DNA from: Phoronis australis
Taxonomy: Eukaryota > Animalia > Phoronida
Direction: 5' to 3'
Assembly (NCBI GenBank): GCA_002633005.1
Contig: NMRA01000176.1
Location: forward strand, 131,794-195,793
Length of the DNA stretch: 64,000 bases
Numbering within the stretch: the first letter of the stretch is position 1; the number at the start of each line of letters is the position of its first letter. Below the pieces are notes generated by a model, which saw only the letters and a list, made by a program, of their open reading frames with translations, was not told where the DNA came from and ran no database searches. The position numbers and the translations under genes were made by a program. Below are positions 14,901-29,000 of this stretch, one piece after another.

Positions 14901-17900
14901 TTATTGTGAATGGGTCTCTTTGGTTCGTACATTAGATCTAAGCAAAATACCATTTTTGATTCGCCCACATGTACATGACTTTGTTTGGGTGCACAGTGCT
15001 GCCATCTATGTACAGGCATCTGGCATCCACTGCTTATCTCCTAAACTCTGTGCAGGGTCTCAACGCGGGAATCCAGCAGGATTCTAATTCTGGATCAGTC
15101 TCGATAAAATCTCGACAGGGGTTGCTCTATATTCGCGTGACAATTAGTTGCCAGGCGCAATTAGGTCAAATTAATTCTGAAAAAAGTTTGACAAATTGTT
15201 AATGTTTTATTGTTACAATTTTTACTCTAAATTGGCAAATAATTCTGACAAGAACTTTATTCAAGTGTGGCAGAATCTGGCAGAGTTCTAGTTTTATTTT
15301 CAAAACTCCTTGTCTGTACCTTTACAGTTTCTAATGCACGCAATGTTGCATATCTTCACTCTGCATATTGCTCTTGTTACATTTTTCATGGCTTTGGGGT
15401 TCTGTTGTTTCGGATACTCACAATTTTTCAGATATTATTGGTTACTATGGTTAGAAGACTTCAATATAATAATTTGGTGATAATTCAACTGTATAAATGA
15501 GTGCAGTGTAATTTCAATTGCCTCCCATGTGGTATTCTAATTTGATGCAATTTTATCATGATTATTGAATAATTGTAGGCCGTCTATGATGATGGTGACA
15601 ACCGCTCACAGGATATTATTGAGGAAGATATTTACAACGATCCCGAGGAAGATGAGTTAAGGTACTGTGTGCATGCTAGAAGAGAAAAATTTGGATGAAA
15701 GATGAGATGTTTTTCCTCGTCTATAGAGTTGTCTGGAAAGTTCCACCATCTTTGCTCATGCTCTGTTTCGTAGACCACAAGACATTTTAAGCTTGCATTT
15801 GCAACAAAAAAATTACTTGTCAATTCAATCCCACAATGCAACACTCCAAACTTGCTGTTCACTTCAGGTGGCGGCCATGGTGCTAGGATAGTAATCTTCT
15901 GAGCATATTCTCGGAACACTCGTGTGATTTTGTGAGGTCTTCTGAGATCTCAGTTTTCATGTGCGAGACTAGGTTTACGGAATTCTCTCCCGCATTTGTC
16001 CAGAGATCGAATGATTGAATCACCACAGCAGTGTACAACTCTAGGTATCAGCTTAACTCCTATACCCATTGAGCCCCTAGTGTCCTCATTGGACGGATAA
16101 GATGATTTGGTTCTCACCGGAATTCAACTTGCCTGATACCTAGGTGGCCGAGGAGGTGACCATCATTGTACTGATTTATTACCACACAATAAAAAAGTTA
16201 ATCCATTTAGGGACAGTGAAAATTTTTTCCAAAAGTCGAAGCTTGTATCAATTTTTAGAAATAGTCAATATTAGGTATCTGAAATGCAAGAATAATGATC
16301 AATAACAAACAATGATTTGCCTCAAAGTTTCTGTACTATGGGGTAACATGATTTTGTCTTAGAGACTGCTTTAAGTCAGAGAATTTTCATTGTATTCTGT
16401 ATTAAATTAACTGTTGAACCAGACACTAAGTAGCCGTGATGGCAGATCTTGGTTGTGTTCAATCAAATGCAAATTGGGCACTTATTAAGAATTTTCCTTA
16501 TTGAAGGGAAACTATGCACTTAGTGCCAAATGAAAACAGAGTAGAAATTTCACTTGGTGGCCACAAGACCCTAATAATACAATACCATTGAATTCAAAGA
16601 GGAATAAAGTATTGAGTGCTTTTAGCCTTATGACAGTGTTATAATACGTTTTTAAACCCATATCACACAAGTCAGATATTATTGGGTACTAGGCTTACAA
16701 AGAGTTTTTGCTGTTTTAAGGCGACGGTCACAAACCCCTGTTGAGGAAATCATTGAAGAAGAAGTTTATGATGATGCCAGTGTCCTGCCAAGTTCGCCTC
16801 CTGAGATTCCTGACACCCCTCGACCAAATCATACTTCTGTGAGCTCGCCAAGGTAAGGAAGTGTGTAATGTATTTGTGTGTCTGTTAGTCTGTGTGGCTT
16901 TGAGAGGTTCATAAATATGTACCTTTGAAGGTTTCTGACAGTTGAACGCAGTGAAAATGGCCTATCACCTTCAACTCTATTATTCTGCAATTTTGCATTT
17001 CAATGCGTGTTTTTTATTTTACTAAACATCAAAACCAAGTGATACCCTATTGCTATTGAAACTAACAGCACAATGAAGTAATAGACATAATTTTTTGTTG
17101 TCCCAGGTTGCCTAACTTTACTTCAACACATTGCAGAAATCTGATGAAACTTTGTGATGCGTTCACTGTTTTCAGTTTAGAATACAGGAGTTGTTACAGT
17201 ACGGATGATTCTGGCCCATGTCACAATCATCGGAATCAAGAAAGTTTAGTTTTGAATTTCAATGTTCTAAATCTGAGAAACTGGCCCAAACTGATTCAGA
17301 ATTATCACCGTAGTATCAAATTTTAAACCGATTCGCTAAATTTTTTTCAGTTCACCACCTGCTGTGGATGAGGACGGTGAAGAAATTTATGATGACACGG
17401 ATGTGGTCTCCAGCCCACCACTGCTACCGCAATCAAGGGCGTTACCGCCGAGTCCAGCAGAGAAAAAGGTTAGGTGGTTTGTTGATCAAGTGTTCAGTAA
17501 GACTTGAAATTAGGTCAACCGAAATTGAGGAAAGAAGCTTAGCAGGGACAAATTAATTCGCTGAAACTAAGACAGATTTAGTAATAATTTGCTTCTTGTG
17601 ATTTGAACACTGATTGAAGTTATTACACGTTTTACGCTCAAACTAGATTTGGACTTACTAATATTTGAAAATCTGTATATTTGTAGATACGCCCCAAGTA
17701 GTTGACAGGCAGAGTTGTGTGTTGCTGTTTACTATCCTATTAGTAATGTTCGATTATCTCGGTATTTCTGTTTGCTGAATCATTTCATACTAGACCTTGT
17801 GCTTGCTGCTGCTGTTACAATAAATGAGTGCATTGTTTTGTAATTTTCAGGAGGAAAAACCTGTACCTGACCGAGAAACGGATGTTGAAAACCTTTACTT

Positions 17901-18078
17901 AGCTATGTGGGATTGTGAGGCTGGTGAAATCAACGAACTGTCATTCAAACGTGGAGATGTCATTCACATCATTGGTCATGAATACGAGCAACATAACTGG
18001 CTGACTGGAGAGTTAGGCGGGGCTACTGGGCTTGTGCCGAAAAATTATTTGATGAGAGCTTACGAGCGCATACAATAA
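4060..18078 (+). CDS. SKAP2: Src kinase-associated phosphoprotein (SKAP1/SKAP2 family adaptor: dimerisation domain, PH, C-terminal SH3); 5'-partial, 11 coding exons
   Basis: Exons with AG/GT borders and continuous phase: 4060-4209, 6881-6976 (or -6994), 9777-9863, 11310-11429, 12375-12454, 13344-13437, 14410-14573, 15579-15661, 16721-16852, 17351-17468, 17851-18078 (TAA). About 450 aa. DVQKFLVITLKPCTLPKAALAEKEAILEKLKGVK resembles the SKAP N-terminal dimerisation region. PH domain: IKAGYLDKKRK..YQKRWCVIKGNTLYYYASPKDRKQKGAF..FELVCPGHRTYVF..SSWLEAL. SH3: YLAMWDCEAGEINELSFKRGDVIHI..WLTGELGGATGLVPKNYL. The start-codon exon was not found and probably lies upstream of the window. Likely a single pro-orthologue of SKAP1/2. 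Confidence 0.9.
5762..5825. repeat. Short ~26-bp tandem repeat, about 2.5 copies
   Basis: aggtcaagtgacttgt..ttatgt twice, then a partial aggtcagtgac. Confidence 0.6.
5940..6690. mobile_element. Inverted-repeat-rich non-autonomous element (possibly Crypton-like)
   Basis: atttatcccatacgc (5941) is inverted at gcgtatgggataaat (about 6509). A second imperfect inverted pair is tacatgaagtaatatccc (6546) / gggatattacgtcatgta (6636). The family assignment is a guess. Confidence 0.45.
10280..11230 (-). mobile_element. Degenerate CR1/L2-type LINE reverse-transcriptase fragment
   Basis: Broken minus-strand peptides resembling RT motifs: ITIGIPQ (GxPQG-like, about 11170) and VTISHDLSWTEHI (about 10430; LGVxxxxxLSWxxHI motif). 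Many stops and frameshifts. Confidence 0.55.
11895..11927. repeat. (GT)n microsatellite
   Basis: About 16 uninterrupted GT units. Confidence 0.95.
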
Positions 18079-18661
18079 GTGGACATGAACAGTGGACATG
18101 ATATGGTCAAGGTGTAACTGCTAACAATGAAGTCACTGTCTCGTGATTGTATCTACAAGTAGTTTATTACGGGCTCTCCTTCTAAGAGAACCATATTTTG
18201 TGCTTTAGTAGCCAATCATAATACGAAGGCTTTTTCGCTAATGAAATAACTTCAAATGAGCCGACTAGGAACTGATGTAACTGTTTGGATCTAGCTGAAT
18301 CTATATCGAGCTGAAGTTAAAAAATAGAAGGCGTGATCTGTAAAGGAGAATTGTTCCACACTTCCATGTGTGTGTTGTTCTTAGTTTATGATGCCAGTGT
18401 CGCACATGGTTAAATTAAAGAGTGCAGGTGGCCTGATACCTTTTGCGGTACATCAGGCCTGTTTTGGCCTTGTATGGTTGTACTCTGCTTAGCATCACTA
18501 TGATGCAAGAAATTTTCTTCCTTTCCTAGTTAAAGTGATGTCATCCAATAACAAAAATACTCTGCTATTTTATATTAGGTAACAATTTTTGTTAAAGGAG
18601 CACGTGGGGCAGGTTTTTTCCCCTGTTGAGTTTATATACTGCTGCGAATTGCTTTGGAAGC

Positions 18662-18667
18662 AATAAA
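18662..18667 (+). promoter_or_regulatory. Candidate polyadenylation signal of the SKAP gene
   Basis: AATAAA about 580 nt after the stop codon, followed by T/GT-rich sequence (ttttttttgtgttt). Confidence 0.55.
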
Positions 18668-19668
18668 TTTGGTTTATCATGCTTTGTTTCAGCTACCTTT
18701 TTTTTGTGTTTAAAGCCCAGTGCAGCGCCATCTATGAGAACCGCGATTGTTTTGATTCATGTCAACATTTCTAATTACACATGGTAAAACCTGGCAAAGA
18801 ATGGAGTCCACGAATTGTTCCAAAGAAAGATCCATCACCGCTAACTTTATTCATTCCGGTTTGAAGTTTGCGATTGCTGCTTGAGCTAATTATCCCTGTG
18901 TGTAACTATCAAGGTTTTTTTAAAGATGCAATTATAAGTCTTAACACCATCTTTCCATTTAGGTCACTTACAATTTTCTCATCTTGTTACATACTCAAAA
19001 TGGAATGAATTTCAATGACTAAGAAGTGGCAGTTTTTCATTGCTTCAAAGCATGCTTTTTAAATTATAACTCATCGCGATGGCTATTTACAGACTGAAAC
19101 ACAATGGCTGCCAGTGGCCATTGCAGGAGTTTGAGCAAATAGGGACAGCAAGTGCAGTGTCACAGTTTAGCAACAAATCTGACATGTTGGTTACAAACAA
19201 ACATGGCATCTCTAATGTGATTGCATGAAGTTGACAATTTGCCCATTTTAAACTTTCTTGCATTGCCCCATTGCATTCAATCGCTGCCAGTAATTGGTTC
19301 TGTGATCATTGGGCAATGGAGGGGTGGTGTTGGCAATATTTTAATTATTCATCAAAAGACCTTTATCTTCTACATCTCCCTCAATGATTATTCTTTAGTC
19401 AGCTTCAAAACGGTGTACCTTGATACAGTCACCAAAAAATTCCTGAAATCTACACTGCCAGTCACATAGACAAGCTGTTCTTTGCAACCAAGATGGCCAA
19501 CTTATGACATTACCACCTTCGGTCACTATTTGAATTGGGGAAAAAGGGCAAGAACTTGATCACGATACTTTGGAAGTGCAAATATGACTGAAGAAGGTTG
19601 TTTGGATACCAGAACGTGTTTCATTACTGGCAGCTTTAAGATCAAACAAATTAACTTGGTTTACTATT

Positions 19669-19674
19669 TTTATT
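19669..19674 (-). promoter_or_regulatory. Candidate polyadenylation signal of MTX2
   Basis: TTTATT on + (AATAAA on -) about 360 nt downstream of the MTX2 stop. Confidence 0.5.
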
Positions 19675-20035
19675 TCAAATCGCAAGACATAAATAACAAG
19701 TAACTTAACATAAAATCAGGTAACACAGCACCTACAAAACACAATCAAATGTTCAATGGAGATGAGAGGAAGATTATTTTTTTGCAGAACTGCAGCTAAA
19801 AACTGGACTGATAAAGCAAAATGGGTTAGTGAACTGAAAGCATCAATTAAAATCTTGTACCAAAAAATTTCATTTTCTTAGCTACATGTTTTTTAAAACA
19901 TGTATTTATCTTAAAAATGAATATTGCTTTGGCTCTCGATGAAATGGTTATGTCGACTAAATGTATTGACTATTAAAAAAACATTGCCTACCAAACCGTT
20001 TGCATTTTGACTGCTTGATCCTAAAGACAACTCTA

Positions 20036-23000
20036 TTATTTCAACTCTCTTTCCCTGAAATATCTCTGGTCTATTCGCATGCAAAAGTCCTCTAGGTTCC
20101 TGTAGCTGTGAGCAATTGTTGCAAACTCTGTGACTGGCAGTTGTGTGGTCAGCAGGACGTAAAGATGGCCGTAGACGAGAGCGTCTAGCTCTGTAGGTCT
20201 GAAAGACAGGGTTGTCATTCTGTACCACCAATTAAGTAGTCGAATCATCTTCCACAAGAGGTTAAAGCAGACATCTATATGCAAAACGATTTTAAATTGG
20301 AACCATGCAACCAAGAGACTAAAATAATTTTAAATTGAGTACAAACCAGACGAAAACAATAAAGAATGTCATATTCTGAAAAGAAATAACAACCGTATTC
20401 TGTTATAGGTCAATGACCACATCTGACATCAAAAACAAAATTTAAAAACACTTGTTGCCCACAACTTAAAAGTTTGACTTAATGACAAATACACGTTATG
20501 CGATTCATTTGAAGCTGAAGCAAACAACATGCAAAAACGAGATATGAATAAAAATGAAAAAAGGTTGTTTTGGTGTGATTTTTTGTCAAGTTGTTAGCAA
20601 AACTGAGAACATATTTGGGGAAAAACGTAATTAAACAGATTGGCATTGCTTGGTTTTCCATCTTCAATATGTAACTTGTGCAGAAGCTCACTGACCTCAG
20701 AATGCTTCAAGATCTGGACCGTGACCAAATTTTACTCAAGATTTAACTAAAAAAATTGACAGATCACATTATACGGAAAAAAAATTATTAAAGCGTGGCA
20801 TGCGATTGGTCAGTTTTCATGCTGCCTTTTGAGTAAAACGCTCACTGGTAATGGACCCTGAAGTCGTTTGTAAGCATATCACACATTCAAGGCTTCATGA
20901 TACGATGTAACTTTCAAAATAAACTAGACAAGAGTTCTCAACGTCGTCCCAGAATTGTTTGGCAGTTTAGTCTCAGTTTTAATCACAATGAAACAGCGTT
21001 AATTTGTCAAACTTTTGTCGGAGCTTAATGTAACGGTGTTGTGCCAAGCTACTAATTCTTTATTTGATATGTAATGGGCTTTGACAGTAAATTGTCGCAA
21101 CTTCAACAACATGGATGGAGCAATAAAATTCCAGATTTTGTTGATATTTAGCCAGACATTGACAGAATTCCAGTTGATAATATTAAGGATATTTAGACAG
21201 TCACAGTTTTGTGCGTCCAGTTTCTTTGGAAACCAGTAACATACCTGTCACCAAAGAAGAATTGAGATTTCCCTAATCTTTCTGAAAGCGCTTCGCAGCA
21301 TTTTTTAACGTCACCACATACCTAAAATCAGCAATTGAGAACAGTGAGTCACAATTTCATACATCATGCGGGTATTGCATCTGTTCGTGTAAAGTTAAAC
21401 AGGAAACAAAGTTTGACTAATGTACCGTCCACACTAGGAGTTAATCTGGAACAAGTTTCTCCTGGAACCAGCTGCCCCTGGCTTAATTCGTTGTGTGGAC
21501 TGGGCGCGACTTCCACTGAGGCAACTTGACACATGCATAACTTACCCCAAACTATCGAGGTGGGAAAATCTGCAGACAAGGCAAAAGTCATTACCATCTG
21601 CACATTTGATGAGTGACATACCTACGAGTGTCCAATAATCTTTGTGCCATAATTGTCACAAAGTGCAAGGTGCAGGACTTGGAATGACCACTAACAAAAA
21701 AGAGGAAAATCTTCCAGGTGATGTATCATTCCACAATTAAATATTTTGAGTGATACACGTTTTTGTGTTGTAAAATTAAACTGAAATCTCGAACGTTTCT
21801 GTATGAATAAAGTCAAACTAATGACAAAAAAGCAACGGAAAAAGAGGAAACTGGACATCGAATAAGAAGAAACCAAAACCAAAAAAGGAAATCCTCTTAA
21901 AAGAGGAAAATTCCAAGCCTTGAATGTGTGTAGTGTGACGCTGTACTGAAGAGAGAGAAGTTGCTCTTGTTCAAACAGGGTAATTCTACACTAATTATTT
22001 AGCACACCCATTCTGGACTCCATTCTACTCCTCACCTCGCTGAAACTCTTCTTGTCCCATCCGATGGCCCTCAACTTACTCCTGACCTCATACTGTTTCC
22101 TAGCAGGAAGTAGCCAGTTCAATGGCCACGGATAGTGAGAACCATATCGAGGCTTACTGACCTGTGAAAGAGCGAAATACAATACACACCAAACAACTGC
22201 GTTGTAAAAATGTCATTTTCACGACACAGCAGTTAATTCTGTTTTAAGCGAAAAAAATGGAATATTTCGTCACTACTTTGAAATCCTAATTCTAAAATAC
22301 CTTTTCTACCATGCTACCATTCTCATTTATTTTTCGTCATTCTTGATCATGGCAGACGACCATCAAGACCGAGGTGTTTTGTTTCATTAAATCCGGCATA
22401 TACTGAGCTAGCTTAATTTTTGCTTTTCAAAATGCATTGTATTGAAAAACAAGTGCAAGAGCTAACATAAAGAGCACATTTATGAAAACCAAGCTCTCTG
22501 GCACTAATAACCAATAAATATAACCTGTATTATACCACATTAGCCTCGAATGGCAGATACAACCATGTAATAACCCATAAAGTTATCTCACTAGTGAGAT
22601 AACATTTTGGCGGGAAACCGAGTACGGATTTGAAACCGGGCGTCAAGAGTTTTGAATCGCCGACTTTACCACTACACCACTCAGCGGCTGACGTCATCGA
22701 ACGTGAAAATAGAATACTTAAATGAGCACGCACAACAAAATCGCATGTTCAGCAAAGGGCATTGCACCGACACTTATAGGCTATGAAAACTCAGACGCGC
22801 AATTTCCATAAAAACGATATTTTAATTCAGTGAAATTTTTCTCGTGTCCTCTCACTTGTAAATCAACGATCTCCAATTTGAATGCGGGTATCGTGTCGTC
22901 GGGATCCTATAACTTGAGCATTATAGTCAGTTACTAGTGGTAACCTACTTTAGCAGACAATATTTTCCCGGTCGAAGCTTAGCATGATAAAATGTGTAGT

Positions 23001-26000
23001 AAGCTATAATAGTTGCTAAACCTTAATTTATAGATTCACTTCATTACTATTTTGTTTAAATTTCCAATTGGTTTTGAGTATAAGCATTGACAAAAATAGC
23101 TCGCTTTTCTTAAAAGGTAACGATCTCCGACCCCGGGCCTCTGACATAGAAAGTAGTTACAAAGCCGAGGCGAGTCGAGAAAGGTAGATCGATTCATTGC
23201 AATGTTTCTCGTTTAGTATGTGGTATAAATAGATTATTACATGTTCTCAGTCGTTATCCCCATTATCTAGAGCCCGAGTGGATTTTGGAGAATTATCGCC
23301 CGAGGGGCGTTAGCCCCGAGGGTGATAATTCTACAAAATCCACTCGGGCTCTAGATAATGGGGATAACGACTTCGCCATGTAATAGTCTATATTTATCTC
23401 ACACAGTATGAAACCAAGCAGACAAACAAGCTAAATGTTGTCCAGTTAAGCAGTCATCATTGGCGGTAAAAGTGATTTTCTGAGATCAGCCTCGATGTGG
23501 AATTGAGCCTGTCACCCCGTGTTCGCAGCATATTGCTCTTCTGGCAGACCTATATACGAAAGTGGCAGAATACTTAATAAGTGTATCTAAGTGTTTAAGT
23601 CACTAACCTTGATTTCAGCGTCTGACCAACCACAAGAATTGGCGATTTGCCAGAAAATCACAAATTTGACCACAACGTATGCCACAAACTTAAATAGTCA
23701 ACTCCAATCAACAATAAACCCCACCATAAAACTGATAATGAACCTTTGTTTTAAAATAAACATACCTCATTGGCAACTGTAGAGTCACACCATGAGAGAT
23801 AGAGCTACAAAATACAACATTTTATCAACACTTTTCACATAAACCTTGAGTTAAATGGCTGATATACTGTCATGCAGTATCATAAAAATACCACAGAGAG
23901 AAAAAGACAAAAGAAAATATTCCAGGTTCTAAACCGCTTACTATTTCTACATGCAATTGAAGCGCTTAAATTTTAATCCTCATCTTTTTCGGCAAGATGA
24001 GATACCGATTCACCAACACAATCTATTTATGCGCAATATAAATTAGAATAGTTTGGTAGCAAATGTTCATGTACACGTTATGTTTAACGTCATGCAGGCA
24101 ACAATTAGTCTGGTCAAGCAAAATCTCAGAATTTGCTTGATGAATACCAGAAGAACTTGGCTACATTAACTAGGAAAACTAGTGGCAATGACGAAAGTAG
24201 TGAACAGTCCCCAGCCATCGCATATTCACAAAAAAGACTGCTTCCATTTTTTTCCTAAACTGAGGAAAATTTGTTCATTTAACTCGAGCTTTTTCAACCC
24301 AGGGACCATTCACAATAATCACCATTTCCATGAGTGTGCATACACTTTTTCCATTCATGCGGAAGAGAACAAAAAGTTTGACATTTTTCAAGGTGAAAAC
24401 AACAAACTGAAACCAGGACAAATTGTCTACTAGTATTTCATATTTCACAAACCTGACCTGCCAAGTTGCTATGTCAACCATTGTGAATTTCAAGTGCTCA
24501 AAATTTCCTTTCCAAGTTAACACGTCGATGGTGCAGTTTTGTTGTATTTTTGACAAAAAGTGAAGAAGCAATAAATAAAACATATAGTTATTTTCAAATC
24601 AATATTTTTACAATGTCAAACACTTACAAGAGCAGCAAGCTACAACCCCTCTCTCCTTAAAGTGTGTTTTTGTGAATGTGAACATGTACAATAAATGTGA
24701 AGAATCCCCGAATTGGAGAAGTATTACACAACAAATCATTTGTCTTACTACAACTACATGTACAGTAAATCCAAGTTCTTTCAAATTGTTTATGGACATG
24801 AAATCAGTTCCATATACCATAATAAGTGATACAGCATACAACTAAAAAATTCACACAGATGCTGTGTCGACAATTACCTCGGCGTTGACGAGAATGTTTT
24901 CCACAAGTGCCATGTATGCTTTCATTTCAGCTTTTTCCGAGTCCGATAAATGCTCACTTAAGTGAAAGCCCTGCAAATAAATCAACAAAATTGCACGTGT
25001 GTTCATCTTGTATCTTTTTGGTTGGCTAACGAATGATACGATCAGTATTGTTAGTTAATTGTCAACCTTTGCGAAATCCTTTCACACTTCATTGAATAAC
25101 TAAAATGTCCATTACCAACACATAAAGTAATCCAAATCCTCCATGATTGAAAAAGAAAAGTTTATGCATGTCTTAAAGCATCAGACAATCAATTATAATT
25201 ATGAGACCACCATTTTCTGCTTTGAATATGAATTTCTAAAAAAAATGTAATGCATGCAATTTCATAATTATGATTTCTTCCTATCAATACACAGGGAACC
25301 ATGTATCACACTTTTTAACCTTTAAACAATAAGGATATTAGCCTACAATGTCGTCCACAAGAAGTCTAAGTCTGCATTTTCCAACATAAACAAAAACCAA
25401 AGAAACAATTCCCTTGGTCACAGCCCATTCAATGGTCAATAGATTTTCCACTGAACTGCAGCTATGAACAAGCCACATATTAGGGTAATGACGAAAAACA
25501 AATTTTAGGTAAAGCTTCATACAATTCGAATTTTGCATTTTTGAAAAAAAAACATAACGACTGGTTCCTTCCAGGCCTCGTGAACTAATACGTGGTGAAA
25601 TTTAGCAAGTAGGTCACTCTCAGTAGCTTTCAAAATAAATTAGATTTGACTTCGGCAGAACCCTGTGAGATCCAACCAGTCTCGGACAAACTTCTTGCTA
25701 GAGTTATTTGGCAGCTTAGTTGGACTTCTGTGACAATAGCATTTTAACCTCAGACAGATGTTGTGCCTTACAGCTAGCAGCTACTTTGATAATGGACTTG
25801 CAAGGCAAGATGGCACGATTTTGACAAAATGTGTTGAGCAAAACTTGCTGAGATTTTACCGAAATTTAAGCGGATTTGAAAAAGATTCCAGTGGAAAAGA
25901 ATTGGATATTTTGTTTACATACTTATTTATGTTCATTACTTCCGTCAAATTTCATCGTTGTCCAGTTTATTTTGCAATGCACGGAAGTGATCCTTTCGTA

Positions 26001-29000
26001 AATGAAAAAGGCGATTCGGGCAACGTTTGTTGAAAAAATTTTTGCACCGCTTACAGACGGGATGATCTAAAACTTTAGCGCGACAGCCAAAATAACTTAA
26101 GCGAAGATAAATTGGCTATTGATTATTGGAAGACAGGACATGTCACCAAGACAACCAAGTACGCTGTCAATTCAGCCTATAATCCAGCGGCAATCAGGTA
26201 GTAACTGCTGATGCCTTCCAATCTCACTAGGTGGCATTAGTTTCAGCAAGAGCTTGAGCGCAGTAGTGCAACAACACAACAGAGCTCCTCATAAACGTAC
26301 CCTGGTGTTCACAAAAGCAATGATTGGCTCCAACTCTGAGATGACAAATGGGCCAGCCTGGATAAATGGAACTTTACCTGAAAATAAGCACTATACGTGT
26401 ATGAATAAGTCTAAATACAAAGTATAGGCAGGTAGGTAAAAGAGGAAACATACTAGCACAGTTACACTGTACACATAATGTTTTTTTTCTAATGCTTATT
26501 ACGAAATCTTCACTACAATGAATATACATAACCGAGAAAGCGCCATGAGGCATTATATCTGGGTTAAAAAATATACAAAGAAATCTATATACAATTATTA
26601 TACACAAACACGTAAATTAAAAAAACTGATGTTAATATTAAGATTATATATGATTACGAATGTTAATAAATTATTTTAATACACATTGTATATAATTCTA
26701 TACACTAACACAAAGAGATTTAATATAATTATAAAGAAATTTTGATACTATTTCAACTAAAACCTTATTTTCATTTGGGTTGAGATCTTGACATCCATAC
26801 AGAAAAAAATTAATTTTGTTATACAATTGCAGAATTTCAGAATATTTTTTTGTAAATATAAATAAATACACACAATGGTGAAAACAAACAATAAGATAAA
26901 GTTGACTTAAACAGTAGCTTACCGCCAAAACAAGTGGCTAAGTTCACATTTTTCGAATTCTCAAAAGATAATGGCAACAAAACTTCTCCAGTTCGGGACA
27001 ACAATTGGCTAAAATGACATTTTTTTAAATTTCAAAAGGTTTACTAAATTGCTGCAAATACAGGTGTGAAATCGTGGTTCAACTGTCCCGTGTAGTGCGT
27101 TTTCTACCCAGATCAGTCTATCAGACTATCTCCACCAAACTGCCTTATAGAAATTGAGGTGATGAAAAATGTGAAGATATAGAGTATTTAATTCGAGATT
27201 TAAAGACTCACCAGATGGCGACATATGCTCTGCATTTGTCCTTAACTCGACCTTGAATTTGATACCGCACATATGGAGGAAGGCTTTAACACCGAGACAG
27301 CAGGCAGCATCAGGCAGAAGGATCTGGCTGCCCTGGTACGGTTGAAATAAGTCAATGGTATCAGGCCATGGCAGGCTACCTGCTAACAGGGGAATACAAA
27401 TGATTAATGATATTTAAAATGACATTGTACCCAGGGGTTCACCCACGATTTCAAAAATAGGGTGCTCAAAATGGGTTTCCCAATTTCTCAGGTTGTCCAA
27501 TAATGCATGACAGGATTTAGGACTCCAAGCCAAACTGCTGATGTATGTTGCTTTGGAAGCATGGTTTTGCGATAATTTTTTCTTGTATCTTACATCATTT
27601 CTAAACCAATGACCTCCCAGACATGATCACTTATTCACTTCACTTAGAGGTCTAAAAGCTGAACACGGCATCCTACAAGTAGCTGGGGCGTCTAAATTTG
27701 AATCAAGATTGTCCATTTGGATGCCCTGGACAACCTCTAGATGAAGGTATGTTGGCCCTGACAACCAATCACACAATGCCAAAAGCAATGCTATGAAGGT
27801 AGTAGACACACACTGTAGAAAAACCTGGATACGAGGAGCATACCTACGTGCTTTTAAGTGTTGAAAAAGGTCACATTTCTTCAATACTACACTTCAACCC
27901 ATGTGATAACATCGCACTCTTAAATTCCTCCATCAACCATCATGAATCTAACTTAAGAGCACAGATCCTGCCCATTTTGGCAGTCAATGAATCGAATTCA
28001 GGGTAAACTTCAGTAATGCCTAGCGTCCTGGTAAAAAAGCAAGATCTTGCAAGATTCCGCTAGATAATGTTGTCTACTTTCAATGACAGTGCGTGACTTT
28101 GGCTAGATTTGCTTTTTGCCATGAGTAATTGAACATGAACCAGTTTTACACCTGCAGCTATCTCGATAACTTACAAAGATAACAAAATATTCAAGAATTT
28201 CTGATTTGTAAAATCCCTTTGCTAGCATGCTGCATTATGAAGGAAAGCAGGGAACCTTTCGTAATTGTGAAATTAGGAGGTTAAGTACTAGTCCACGAGA
28301 GCACCAGCCATGAGCGGCAAGGTGGGGGTCAGCCGATTTTCACCAAATTTGGCACATAGGTAGTCCTAAGGGATCTATAAACAGCGGTAAAATATTTTCT
28401 CAAAATATTACGTTTTTCTAAAGTTATAGGCTCGAACACATTTTACAGCTTCGCAGCCATGTTTTCATGGTATAAAAACTGTCCAGTTTTAACTGTTCAT
28501 ATTTTTCCTTGAATGAAAGCTATCGATTTATTATTCACTTGGCATTGTTTTTTGGTGCCTGTAGATTGTTACATAGATGTCTTGAAACACGATTCCGATT
28601 TACCACCCTCATTTAGTAATTTTACTACACTGCCCCCCGTTATGCCATTTTGAGGTTGTGTTCAGTACACTGCTGTACCAAATCTGCCCCCACTGTTATG
28701 AGAATGAAACTTAGCCAAAATGTTGACAAAACATGTTACTTTCATTTCATGAAATAAGAACTTTGTCATCCAGTTTATTAGTTATACATTTTGGTACCTC
28801 AAATGTACTAAAATGAGAAATTTTCATATATCTGAGACCAATGCGTGAGCACCGTAAAATCCGATTGTCCTTCATGTTTTTCGATATTTTGCAACAAAAT
28901 AGTTCCTCCTGAATGTTTTGAACGTTTTACTACTTACCACTTAGGGCTACAGTGCTCCTAAATACCATACATGGCTCCATTTTGTAAAAAGCCGATTATG

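Noticed and set aside
27630-28010. Possible second LINE fragment in MTX2 intron 1
   Set aside because: Only a vague resemblance to RT C-terminal motifs; too decayed to support without a profile search.
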